Sequence record: OP380604.1
Length of the DNA: 64,000 nt
Reading direction: 5' to 3' (one strand)
Position 1 is the stretch's first letter; each line of letters begins with the position of its first letter. A model generated the notes under the pieces. The model was not told the origin of the DNA and searched no databases. It saw only the letters and a program-made list of their open reading frames with translations. Below are positions 26,637-35,006 of the stretch, one piece after another. The translations under genes were made by a program, and so were the position numbers.

Positions 26637-27416
26637 ATGATTACTCTGTATCGCATCAAGTCGATGCATCCGAAGTTATTGGACAAGTTTACCGATACCA
26701 AACGTCACTTCGAACTGGTAAAGTGGACACAAGAAAATAAAGAGTTCGAATTCCGTCTATTGGACGAGAAAGACGGCGTTTATATGACTGTAGCGAGTGC
26801 TGACGGTAAAAAGCGTGAGACCGCTCAACGGGGTTGGATCTCTGTAAAAGCTGCCAAGCAATTTACTACCAGTCGTCAGGTATCATTTGTTCTTGGGGTT
26901 GGCAAAACTTACAAGTTCAAAGATGAAGCTTCCAAGAATGCATACAAGATCAAGTGTTCCGAGAATACTGATTTTGTGAACATCGTTGGCGACGAAGTAT
27001 TCGAGGTCGTTAACCACAACAGTCTGAGTGCCGTTGTTGAAGTGCTGATTGGTGACAAGAAGGTGAAGTACAGTCCGAAATATCCTATCATCATGCCGTC
27101 TGAGGTACACTTCTTCAAAGAGGTAGTTCGGATCGATATTGAGAAAGCACAGCGGGCAATCGAGTTGTATCAACGCGATTTTGGCGCACAGGTGTTTGAT
27201 GCCACTATGCGTCGGATTCTTGCTCACTATGATAGTTTTGATGCGGAACGGAAGAAGCTACAAGCCGAACTCAACGCTACTGAACAACGTATCCAGCAAG
27301 AAGAATTGAACATGAACAAGATCAACGAACAACTGGAACTTTCCAAGCGTAATATGCAGATCTATTCTAACGGTATTGCAACCATCAAGAACAAACTGAA
27401 AAAGTTGGGCGACTAA
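26637..27416 (+). CDS. Hypothetical protein (GKTYKF-type domain plus C-terminal coiled coil)
   Basis: VGKTYKFKDEASKNAY; heptad-rich C-terminus. Confidence 0.75.
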   Translation: MITLYRIKSMHPKLLDKFTDTKRHFELVKWTQENKEFEFRLLDEKDGVYMTVASADGKKRETAQRGWISVKAAKQFTTSRQVSFVLGVGKTYKFKDEASKNAYKIKCSENTDFVNIVGDEVFEVVNHNSLSAVVEVLIGDKKVKYSPKYPIIMPSEVHFFKEVVRIDIEKAQRAIELYQRDFGAQVFDATMRRILAHYDSFDAERKKLQAELNATEQRIQQEELNMNKINEQLELSKRNMQIYSNGIATIKNKLKKLGD

Positions 27417-27904
27417 TGGCAGAATATAAGTACGTTCCTTGGAAACATCGCCATACATGGAGAGAGCCTACCCCGGCAATGCAGAACAGAGAACATCAAT
27501 CGGACGCGATCAAATGTCGGCTTGAATCTCTAGTTGAATTCATGAATGCACTTGGATTTGATGTTGCAAATGGTCAACCATGGCGTGGGTTCAAGCGCGG
27601 TAATCAGCAAATCAGTTTCTACATTGCTAAGAACATGATTGATTTCGCTTGCATCGACGGCTCTTTTATGTATCGTTTTGCAAGTCAAACTCCGAATCTC
27701 GTTATCATTAACGAATTCGTATTGACAGGCAAGAACAGAGAGTATAAATTCCCGAAAGCGGTGTGGAATAATGCGGTACGCACAAAGAGATCGTTTTTAG
27801 GGTGCCGTGACATTCTAGTTGACAAAAAGAATCGTTGTCTCTTCACAGAACACGAATTCTACCAATATGGCTCAGATAGTGAGCATATAAATAAGCAAGA
27901 TTAA
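27416..27904 (+). CDS. Hypothetical protein
   Basis: 162-aa coupled ORF. Confidence 0.7.
   Translation: MAEYKYVPWKHRHTWREPTPAMQNREHQSDAIKCRLESLVEFMNALGFDVANGQPWRGFKRGNQQISFYIAKNMIDFACIDGSFMYRFASQTPNLVIINEFVLTGKNREYKFPKAVWNNAVRTKRSFLGCRDILVDKKNRCLFTEHEFYQYGSDSEHINKQD
27886..27893 (+). promoter_or_regulatory. T4-type late promoter TATAAATA
   Basis: Perfect consensus upstream of the zinc-ribbon micro-ORF. Confidence 0.65.
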
Positions 27905-27977
27905 TTGTCTATAATATAGACAACCGGCATTAGCCGGGTGACGTTTGAGTTACATTCATTATCTAAGAGGAAAGAAA

Positions 27978-28082
27978 ATGTTAGTACATATATGCAATCG
28001 TTGTTCGGCTAGTCTGTTTCATGCCGATATTTCTGACGGTAGTTGCCCATTCTGTGGTAACGAAGATATGGAGCCTCCCTAG
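27978..28082 (+). CDS. 34-aa zinc-ribbon microprotein
   Basis: SD GAGGAA; MLVHICNRCSASLFHADISDGSCPFCGNEDMEPP (CxxC...CxxC). Confidence 0.7.
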   Translation: MLVHICNRCSASLFHADISDGSCPFCGNEDMEPP

Positions 28083-28093
28083 GGAGGCTTTTT
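28072..28093 (+). terminator. Rho-independent terminator
   Basis: AGCCTCC-CTAG-GGAGGCT plus T tract; the stop codon lies in the loop. Confidence 0.85.
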
Positions 28094-28108
28094 ATTTTCC
28101 AAAAACAG

Positions 28109-28137
28109 TTGACATAAACGTGAGAAGTTGATAGGAT
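28109..28137 (+). promoter_or_regulatory. Sigma70-like early promoter
   Basis: TTTTCCAAAA upstream; TTGACA-N17-TAGGAT with extended TG. Confidence 0.75.
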
Positions 28138-28164
28138 AAGCTATCTTTTAATTGAGGTGTGAAA

Positions 28165-28764
28165 ATGATTCATTATTTGGAAGCTAACTTGATCGAAGTA
28201 ATCAACAAGCTTATTAAAGATCGGAAAGAAGGCATCAACACGGACGCCAAAATATTCGTAGCGCAGGGTTGTAACTGTTATGCGGCAATGGGGGCTGGTT
28301 TTGCTGCTCAAGTAGCTCGAAATTACCCGGAAGCAGCAAAGGCAGATGAAGAATATGCCGCTGAGTTTAAAACGGATGAAGAAAAACTGGCTAACCAACT
28401 AGGAAGTCTCAGTGCTGCGTCAATCGGTGGTGGCGTTGTGATGTTCAATCTATATTCACAACTTTACGGTGGTCCTGATTTCCGACTGGAAGCATTCGAA
28501 CGCGCATTTGATGAAATGATGCTGAGAATCGAAGAAGCTACGGTAAACGACACCAATAATCCAGTCATTCTGATGCCACGAATTGGTGCTGGTATAGGTG
28601 GTGGCAAATGGGAAGAGATCGTGAAAGTGCTGAAAGCTTATCCTGCATTTGATTTCATGGTATTCGACTACAAGCCAAAGATGATCATTAGCTCTTGGCG
28701 AAATCAGTATCATGACGATCATGATGTATCGCGTTACATGATTGAAGATGTAGAACGAGATTAA
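28165..28764 (+). CDS. Macrodomain protein (ADP-ribose binding/hydrolase, tk.4-like)
   Basis: AQGCNCYAAMGAGFAAQVARNYP, FNLYSQ and MPRIGAGIGGGKW motifs. Confidence 0.88.
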   Translation: MIHYLEANLIEVINKLIKDRKEGINTDAKIFVAQGCNCYAAMGAGFAAQVARNYPEAAKADEEYAAEFKTDEEKLANQLGSLSAASIGGGVVMFNLYSQLYGGPDFRLEAFERAFDEMMLRIEEATVNDTNNPVILMPRIGAGIGGGKWEEIVKVLKAYPAFDFMVFDYKPKMIISSWRNQYHDDHDVSRYMIEDVERD

Positions 28765-28768
28765 TTTT

Positions 28769-28791
28769 GGGCACCTTCGGGTGCCTTTTTT
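28769..28791 (+). terminator. Rho-independent terminator
   Basis: GGGCACC-TTCG-GGTGCCT plus T tract. Confidence 0.88.
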
Positions 28792-28793
28792 AT

Positions 28794-28830
28794 TTGTAAT
28801 GTTTACCGAGCTATGATAGTATGTTAGCTC
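28794..28830 (+). promoter_or_regulatory. Sigma70-like promoter with -10 inside an inverted repeat
   Basis: TTGTAA-N17-TAGTAT; GAGCTA...TAGCTC flanks the -10. Confidence 0.55.
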
Positions 28831-28851
28831 ATTAACTATGAGGAATTTCGT

Positions 28852-29346
28852 ATGTTTAGCATGAAAGATATTGATAAAGACGGCAAACTGTACTTGGTAC
28901 ACAAGCAGAAGATCAACAAAGTCGGTATCGTTGAATACACCAAGAATCCGTTGCATCCGTTTATCGTGCATGGTGATATACCGTCTGTATGCGCTATGGA
29001 ATGCGATGCCAACGTTTTCTTTAAGAAGCTGAACGAGTATATGGCTGATTATGAAAAAGCTGAGGTAATCGATCCTAGCGTCGCTACCGATGTGTTCCCG
29101 ATCAAGGCTTATGGCATCAAGTCAACTGATAGCACTTTCTATAAAGGCAAACGTCATTACATCGTCAATTGTCGCAATCTGTATGCAATCAGTCGGAAGG
29201 GTAATAAGTTCTTTATCAAGGATTTCATTACCGGTGCGCTCGAACTGAACACAAAAGAAACGGTTCAGTTGTTCGTAAATAGTAATGTTCTTGTTCATAA
29301 AGTCATGAGACATAGGGAGAAATATGTTAGGTTTATTAGCGAATAA
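28852..29346 (+). CDS. Hypothetical protein
   Basis: 164-aa ORF, SD GAGGAA. Confidence 0.72.
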   Translation: MFSMKDIDKDGKLYLVHKQKINKVGIVEYTKNPLHPFIVHGDIPSVCAMECDANVFFKKLNEYMADYEKAEVIDPSVATDVFPIKAYGIKSTDSTFYKGKRHYIVNCRNLYAISRKGNKFFIKDFITGALELNTKETVQLFVNSNVLVHKVMRHREKYVRFISE

Positions 29347-29710
29347 GTGGACTACTGTTGTAATCGGAATTGCTTTGCTTGCTGGAGTTTTCTGGTATAT
29401 GAGCGACACGATAGAGGATCAGAGAAAAGAGATATCGAGTTTATCAACTCAAATCGAAAGCCAGGAGCGTTTGGCGAAAGAGTTACAGGCGAACATTGCG
29501 GAGCTATCGACTCAGAGCCAAACGTTTGGAAAACGCATTGGAGAGCTTAATACGAAGCTTGATAACAAAGTGTCTGGTCTTGAGAAAATGATCGGAAGAG
29601 GCGATGTTATCGCAAAGAAACCCAAGCTGGTAGAGAAGAAGATCAATACCAGTTATCAGGGATTTAGTGATACCGCGGATTGTATCATGGGAGCGAAGAA
29701 ATGCAAATGA
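29324..29710 (+). CDS. pseT.3: Inner-membrane spanin (Rz / pseT.3-like)
   Basis: N-terminal TM helix, long coiled coil, C-terminal Cys; adjacent to a lipoprotein gene. Confidence 0.82.
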   Translation: MLGLLANKWTTVVIGIALLAGVFWYMSDTIEDQRKEISSLSTQIESQERLAKELQANIAELSTQSQTFGKRIGELNTKLDNKVSGLEKMIGRGDVIAKKPKLVEKKINTSYQGFSDTADCIMGAKKCK

Positions 29711-29991
29711 AACATGCATTGATTGGGCTAACTCTGATGTTGGGTGGGTGTGCGCAACATCAACAGGAGATCAAGCCAGTTGTTTATCATCCACCGCGTC
29801 CTGAAGTAGTAGAGACATATCGACCAGAGTGGCGCGTAATTCTTGATGACGGTAAGCCGTATGTAGCAATGAGTTATGACGATTCGGTGAGATATCGTAT
29901 CTGGCTTGAAAAAGTGTTCAACTATATTCAGAAGCAAAACGAGATCATTTGCCACTATAGGAAAGAAATCAAGGAAGAAGAGTGTCGATAG
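29707..29991 (+). CDS. pseT.2: Outer-membrane spanin lipoprotein (Rz1 / pseT.2-like)
   Basis: Lipobox LGGC, Pro-rich HPPRP and YVAMSYDDSVRYRIWL as in T4 pseT.2. Confidence 0.85.
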   Translation: MKHALIGLTLMLGGCAQHQQEIKPVVYHPPRPEVVETYRPEWRVILDDGKPYVAMSYDDSVRYRIWLEKVFNYIQKQNEIICHYRKEIKEEECR

Positions 29992-30052
29992 ACTGCGGCG
30001 TAGCCGCTAGTTTGTTAATACCTTGTTATAAATGTTAATTAAATGATCTAAA

Positions 30053-30125
30053 AAGACAAAATAAAATCTCTTATAATACTTTAATGAGAATCTATTTTGT
30101 CTTCTTCAATGAAATCAATAAGTTA
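30053..30125. repeat. 18-bp imperfect inverted repeat plus IHF-consensus site in an AT-rich intergenic region
   Basis: AAGACAAAATAAAATCTC / GAGAATCTATTTTGTCTT (16/18); AATCAATAAGTTA matches WATCAANNNNTTR. Confidence 0.6.
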
Positions 30126-30208
30126 GCTCGCTACGCTCGCAATCTGTCGATATCTGATTTCTGGAGTAGATTATTTAATAATCAAATGAGATAAATCGAT
30201 TATACCGT

Positions 30209-30236
30209 TTGACATAGCTATTTCATCGTGTATAAT
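30209..30236 (+). promoter_or_regulatory. Sigma70-like promoter
   Basis: TTGACA-N16-TATAAT. Confidence 0.75.
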
Positions 30237-30318
30237 CACTAGGCAATCATCAACAACCACAACAAAGGAAGTGCATAGAAAAAGGTATCTTTCTATTCCA
30301 AACAAATAGAGGAAGAAA

Positions 30319-30843
30319 ATGTTAAAGAAAATCGGTATAGCACTACTGTTGGCAGTTAGTAGTGTTGGCGTTAATGCTGCGCCGTCTAGTCTTGATTTAA
30401 CTGATGACCAGTTGTATGTTCTTAATCGAGCATATGAGTTGGGTCAGAACATGGATTACGGCATGACTTTTGCTGCCATAGCTCTTACTGAGAGTCAAGC
30501 TGGAAAGGATCTCGTAAACAATGTTTCTGGTGACTATGGTGTTTTTCAGAATAATCTTCATTACACCGTAAGAGGACTGGAAAGGAAGCTTGGTTACAAG
30601 ATGACTGCCAAACAAGTTCGTGATCTCAAAAAGGGTCTAATCGAGAACATGGAGCTATCTGCTTCCATGACCGAAATGAACTTGAAATATTGGCAAGAAG
30701 TTCACGGTAAGAAAGCGTGGAGCAAGATCATTGCTTCATATAATGCCGGATTTAACTATCGTGGCAAAGACGGTCAGACTTACCTTTCTAAAGTCAAGGC
30801 CAACATGAGAAAGTTACAGAATTGTGACTGTATCGAGCAATAA
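30319..30843 (+). CDS. vs.1: Secreted lytic transglycosylase (SLT; vs.1-like)
   Basis: Signal peptide; AAIALTES catalytic Glu, GVFQ and SYNAG motifs. Confidence 0.82.
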   Translation: MLKKIGIALLLAVSSVGVNAAPSSLDLTDDQLYVLNRAYELGQNMDYGMTFAAIALTESQAGKDLVNNVSGDYGVFQNNLHYTVRGLERKLGYKMTAKQVRDLKKGLIENMELSASMTEMNLKYWQEVHGKKAWSKIIASYNAGFNYRGKDGQTYLSKVKANMRKLQNCDCIEQ

Positions 30844-30846
30844 TAT

Positions 30847-30875
30847 AAGTCCGGGCAGGAAACTGCCTGACTTTT
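30847..30875 (+). terminator. Probable terminator (GAAA loop)
   Basis: AAGTC-c-GGGCAG-GAAA-CTGCCT-GACTT plus T tract. Confidence 0.65.
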
Positions 30876-30923
30876 CAAGATAATTTGTTAAGTTGTCTTG
30901 CAAAGTCAAAAGGAGACTGTATA

Positions 30924-31418
30924 ATGAAAGCCAGATTGAATGCTTTCGAGGAAGATCAAGCTAGATTCGAAATTACCGATGTTGAGGTAGATTTCGACCG
31001 CGATTCCGTCTTGAATGCAATCGCACAGCTTCAACAAGAGCTGGATGATGACGAACACGGATATTATGATTCTCACTGTATTGAACTAGAAGTTCAAGAC
31101 GGCAAGGATTATTACTGTGAACGTATCTTTAGTGATGACGGCGCACAGGAGTTCGAGGAAATCAGTGATAAGATGCAGATCGTCAAATACGTTCGGGATG
31201 CATTTGGTCCAAACTCAGTGCGAGTGATAACAAACGCGCTTTATCTCGATGTTGGTATCTACCGGTTCTATGTCGTGTATAAAGAGAATGAAAAAGTGGT
31301 TTACCTGAATGATCAAACTCCGTATAATCGGATGTTCGGGATGCATGGTAAACATAGCAAGAACGTGAGACACGATGAAATTGTTCCGTATCTCGCTGAA
31401 TTAGTCAATAAGGAATAA
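30924..31418 (+). CDS. Hypothetical acidic protein
   Basis: SD AAGGAG before ATG 30924. Confidence 0.72.
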   Translation: MKARLNAFEEDQARFEITDVEVDFDRDSVLNAIAQLQQELDDDEHGYYDSHCIELEVQDGKDYYCERIFSDDGAQEFEEISDKMQIVKYVRDAFGPNSVRVITNALYLDVGIYRFYVVYKENEKVVYLNDQTPYNRMFGMHGKHSKNVRHDEIVPYLAELVNKE

Positions 31419-31419
31419 A

Positions 31420-32337
31420 ATGCCGTATATTGAATTAACTGTTGGTGTATCGTCTTCTGGCAAGAGCACCTACGCAAAAAGTGAAGTAAAGAAATCTCGT
31501 GGTCTACTCGTGGAAGTAAATCGAGATAACACCCGCAAGTCTCTGTTTGCAGTTGGTGGCTGGGGTGAATACAAGTTCAACAATGATCGCGAAAATCTCG
31601 TTAGTGAGATCAACAAAGCCGCTGTAAATTCTGCTGTTGCCGCTAAAAAGAATGTGATCATTTCTGATACCAACCTGAGTCCGGTATATCGGAAGTTCTG
31701 GCAAGAATTTGCCGCCAGTGTCGGCTACGAATACCGTGAACTGTGGTTCAACGTTGAGCTGGACGAGTTGCTTGCACGTAACAAAACTCGCGGTCCTTGG
31801 AAACTTGACCCCGAGCGTGTGAAAGCGATGCATGAACAATTTGTGGAGCAATTCAACCCGGAAGTTCACGCTTCTTATGTTCCCGATTATGCAGTCGAAA
31901 CCGAGCTGTATGAGCCGTCCACTAATCTGCCTAACGCTGTGATGTTCGATACTGACGGAACTACGGCTCATATGCACAATCGCGGTCCGTTCGAATGGGA
32001 CAAGGTTGGGCAAGATCTGCCGAAGTATAACGTAATCAATCACGCTAAAGATCTTAAAGCGCGCGGCGTAACTATCATCAACTTGAGTGGTCGTGACGGC
32101 TGTTGCAAAGAAGCCACCGCAGAGTGGTACAAGAAAGTCGGTATGCCGTGTGATTTTCACTTCCAGCGTGAAGCCGGGGATCAGCGTCCCGATGACGTTA
32201 TCAAGAAAGAAATTTTCTTCCGTGATATCGCACCAAAGTTCAACGTGCTGTATGCCGTAGATGATCGCAAGAAAGTGGTAGATATGTGGCGCTCGATTGG
32301 TCTTGAGTGCTGGGAAGTTCAAGATTCCAATTTCTAA
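31420..32337 (+). CDS. pseT: Polynucleotide 5'-kinase / 3'-phosphatase
   Basis: GVSSSGKST P-loop, NRD, DTNL and HAD motifs DTDGT, SGR, DDR. Confidence 0.95.
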   Translation: MPYIELTVGVSSSGKSTYAKSEVKKSRGLLVEVNRDNTRKSLFAVGGWGEYKFNNDRENLVSEINKAAVNSAVAAKKNVIISDTNLSPVYRKFWQEFAASVGYEYRELWFNVELDELLARNKTRGPWKLDPERVKAMHEQFVEQFNPEVHASYVPDYAVETELYEPSTNLPNAVMFDTDGTTAHMHNRGPFEWDKVGQDLPKYNVINHAKDLKARGVTIINLSGRDGCCKEATAEWYKKVGMPCDFHFQREAGDQRPDDVIKKEIFFRDIAPKFNVLYAVDDRKKVVDMWRSIGLECWEVQDSNF

Positions 32338-32340
32338 TCG

Positions 32341-32405
32341 CAAGGGGAGAAATCCCCTTGTTTCTTCTATGTTATTTTCGTGATAGCATAGAGAGAAACA
32401 AGGAG
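32341..32405 (+). promoter_or_regulatory. Two overlapping alternative hairpins; the second pairs with the downstream SD
   Basis: CAAGGGGA-GAAA-TCCCCTTG; CCTTGTTTCT pairs with AGAAACAAGG of the SD. Confidence 0.55.
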
Positions 32406-32410
32406 TTTTT

Positions 32411-32698
32411 ATGTACGCTATTACCTATTTCGATGACAACCAGAGAAGATCGGTTGTTCTACAAGACGGACGAGCTTGTATTTTTAAGACGAAAGAGCTT
32501 GCAAAAGATTACCAGGGTAGTATACTGGTACCTAAGCTGATAGAGCTAATTGAAAAGGGCGAGTTTGCTGGCAAAAGTATGTTTGGCAAACTCAAGTATA
32601 AACCAATAGCACTGGATGACGCCCGTCGTATCAAGCGAATGCTGGATACCATGATGATCGAAAGTGTTACTAAACTAACGTTTGGGAAAACAAGATGA
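32411..32698 (+). CDS. Hypothetical protein
   Basis: SD AAGGAG. Confidence 0.72.
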   Translation: MYAITYFDDNQRRSVVLQDGRACIFKTKELAKDYQGSILVPKLIELIEKGEFAGKSMFGKLKYKPIALDDARRIKRMLDTMMIESVTKLTFGKTR

Positions 32699-32952
32699 CT
32701 CCTACACAGTTTGAGACTGAAATCGAGGAGAAACTGATTCCTGTTCTTGCTTCTGAGTACGGACAGAGAGGCATTCCTTTTGGATATCGTCGCAATAGGC
32801 CAGATGAATATGAATTTAACATTCGAATTCCCCATCCTATGCATAACGGTATGATGGCGTTTCGAAACATGATTTATACCGTGTGGTATGTTGGCGATAA
32901 AATCGAATGGTGCGAAGGGCATTTGCCTCAAAACCCAACAAAGGACATTTAA
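32695..32952 (+). CDS. Hypothetical protein
   Basis: 85-aa coupled ORF. Confidence 0.65.
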   Translation: MTPTQFETEIEEKLIPVLASEYGQRGIPFGYRRNRPDEYEFNIRIPHPMHNGMMAFRNMIYTVWYVGDKIEWCEGHLPQNPTKDI

Positions 32953-33326
32953 TGGAAACGATTGATCTAAAAGGCAATTATGCTTTTTATGATACCGAGC
33001 ATAAGAAACTGATTCCAGTTGGTGGCGGTATCACATTTGGCAAGGGTGGTAATCCTACTCTCAAGCTTTACAACTCCGGTTTTTGGCATGAGCTGAAACA
33101 CCGAATCATTGCGCGTGAAGTCGGCGTGTGTCTTGACATTGCTCGCGAAGCGTGGACGGATTACAGTTGCCGAAATGCACACTGGCACACTATCAAGCAC
33201 CCGGACATTATCCGCGATCATGCTAATCTGTTTGAACGAGTTGGCAAACTTCTGTTCAAAGATCAAGATATCGTGATTAAAGTCGCGGTAGACTCTATCA
33301 TTATTGACCCGAAACCAGTAAAATGA
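32952..33326 (+). CDS. Hypothetical protein
   Basis: SD AAGGA before ATG 32952; coupled to cd. Confidence 0.68.
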   Translation: METIDLKGNYAFYDTEHKKLIPVGGGITFGKGGNPTLKLYNSGFWHELKHRIIAREVGVCLDIAREAWTDYSCRNAHWHTIKHPDIIRDHANLFERVGKLLFKDQDIVIKVAVDSIIIDPKPVK

Positions 33327-33871
33327 AGACAACTACCTTTTTGCAAAATGCTTTTCTTGTTGCACAGGAAAGCAAGTGTGTTAGCTATCGAGTTGGTGCG
33401 ATTATCTCTAAAGATGATCGTCCAATCAGTAGCGGCTACAACGGCACAATCTCCGGTCAACCGAACTGTGATGAAGTAGCAGAAGAAAACGGCTGGGCAG
33501 AATACGTCGATGTTCCTGGCGTGGGTAAAGAATTGAGACTCAGACAAGACAAGTCGGATGAATACTCCGCTTGGGCTAAGTCCAACGTTATTCATGCAGA
33601 AATGAACGCTATTCTGTTCGCTGCTCACGGTGGCAAGTCTATCGAAGGCGCTACCATGTATTGCACTATGGCACCGTGTCCAGAGTGTGCCAAGACGATT
33701 GCACAAGCTAAAATCAAAACGCTTGTGTATTGTGAAGATTATAACGGCTCAAACGCGGATTGGGCTGAAACGTTGACACGTAGCGGTATCAAAGTCATAA
33801 AGATTGACAAGAAATATCTGACTATGTTAAACTGGGAAAAAGTTTTATCTAAAAGGAAACGTATAGAATGA
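33323..33871 (+). CDS. cd: dCMP deaminase
   Basis: HAEMNA and PCPEC zinc motifs; GYNG. Confidence 0.95.
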   Translation: MKTTTFLQNAFLVAQESKCVSYRVGAIISKDDRPISSGYNGTISGQPNCDEVAEENGWAEYVDVPGVGKELRLRQDKSDEYSAWAKSNVIHAEMNAILFAAHGGKSIEGATMYCTMAPCPECAKTIAQAKIKTLVYCEDYNGSNADWAETLTRSGIKVIKIDKKYLTMLNWEKVLSKRKRIE

Positions 33872-34143
33872 AGTTTGATTTTACCCTGAGTGACCGTGCA
33901 AAGAAAGTCCTGTTCGGTGTTGTTGTGGTGCTTATGGCTATGCCTGCTGCATCTGAATACATGAGCAACGTGGTTGATACCGATGTTGATTGCAATGCAA
34001 CATACAAAGGCCGAACTGTGCATATCGAACAATCCAGATATGCTCCTGCTCCGACCAATAAAACATTCTTCTACTCTAGCGAGTCCGGCTGGATGAAAGA
34101 AACTGATATAACTGACAAAACCTGTAAGGAACTGAAAAAATGA
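33868..34143 (+). CDS. Hypothetical membrane-anchored protein
   Basis: N-terminal hydrophobic helix; coupled ORF. Confidence 0.65.
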   Translation: MKFDFTLSDRAKKVLFGVVVVLMAMPAASEYMSNVVDTDVDCNATYKGRTVHIEQSRYAPAPTNKTFFYSSESGWMKETDITDKTCKELKK

Positions 34144-34469
34144 GAAAGTGGGAAGATCTGACCGAAAACGAAAAAGTAATCGTAAAACGTTGCGTGGAAG
34201 CAATTCTGCGTCTGGGTGAACATCAAGTGGTGTTCGAAAAAGTTGACGGCTCCATCCGTGTAGCTCAAGCATCTTTGAATGAGCGCCTGATCACTACCGA
34301 ACTCGGTAAAGAGCTGTTCGAAAAAGAAGTTAAACCGTCTGTTGTGCGTCGCGAAAGCTTTGAGTCTTGCCGCTTCTATGAAGTTGGTACCAAAGAGTGG
34401 CGTAGCTTCCAGCTCAAGAAACTGATCTCCATCGGTTCTCTGAAAATCGAAGATTTGATTCGAATTTAA
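34140..34469 (+). CDS. 31.1: gp31.1-like SH3/WYL-like protein
   Basis: VVFEKVDGSIR...EWRSFQLKKLISI matches the T4 31.1 pattern. Confidence 0.85.
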   Translation: MRKWEDLTENEKVIVKRCVEAILRLGEHQVVFEKVDGSIRVAQASLNERLITTELGKELFEKEVKPSVVRRESFESCRFYEVGTKEWRSFQLKKLISIGSLKIEDLIRI

Positions 34470-34471
34470 TG

Positions 34472-34516
34472 TTTACGACTCGCGTCAACAATGATATTAT
34501 TACTTTGTTGACGCGA
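34472..34516 (+). promoter_or_regulatory. Sigma70-like promoter with -10 in the loop of a 12-bp inverted repeat
   Basis: TTTACG-N17-TATTAT; TCGCGTCAACAA / TTGTTGACGCGA. Confidence 0.65.
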
Positions 34517-34585
34517 CAAGCGAACAACAAAAGGGAGTTGTCCTGAGAGACAACGTATGTTAAACTCATTTAAAGAAGATCAATA

Positions 34586-34996
34586 ATGAGTGAATTAGGT
34601 TTTAGAGCATTTGACGAACAAGTTGTTCTCGAATGTAATGCAGCCCGAAAGGGTGAGGAACTGAAATCTGATGCCGGATTGATTCTCGGTGTTAGAAATC
34701 AAGGTGACATTCCTTTGTATGGAACTGTCGTTTCTGTTGGTGAAAACTGTCCAGAAAGTATCAAAGAGTTGATTGGAAAGGACGTTGCGCTGCCGCAAGG
34801 TGGTGGGATTTACAGTAACGTACCTGACCCGCGAATGGCCTACGGGCTTATCCCGCGTAACAGCACAGAAGCACGAATTTTCGTGACTATGCATTACAAA
34901 GGCATTCGTACAATCTATGATGGTAAGCCACAAGGCAAACCCGTAGAACAAAGTGAACAACCGTTCACATCTTCTCTTACTCTTCTGAATCGTTAA
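34586..34996 (+). CDS. 31: GroES-like co-chaperonin gp31
   Basis: RAFDEQVVL, SDAGLILG, GTVVSVG, VPDP and HYKGI motifs. Confidence 0.92.
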   Translation: MSELGFRAFDEQVVLECNAARKGEELKSDAGLILGVRNQGDIPLYGTVVSVGENCPESIKELIGKDVALPQGGGIYSNVPDPRMAYGLIPRNSTEARIFVTMHYKGIRTIYDGKPQGKPVEQSEQPFTSSLTLLNR

Positions 34997-35006
34997 GGAA
35001 AATAAA

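Noticed and set aside
27901-27960. Possible tRNA or tRNA remnant
   Set aside because: Only two local hairpins; no cloverleaf, T-loop GTTC or acceptor stem.
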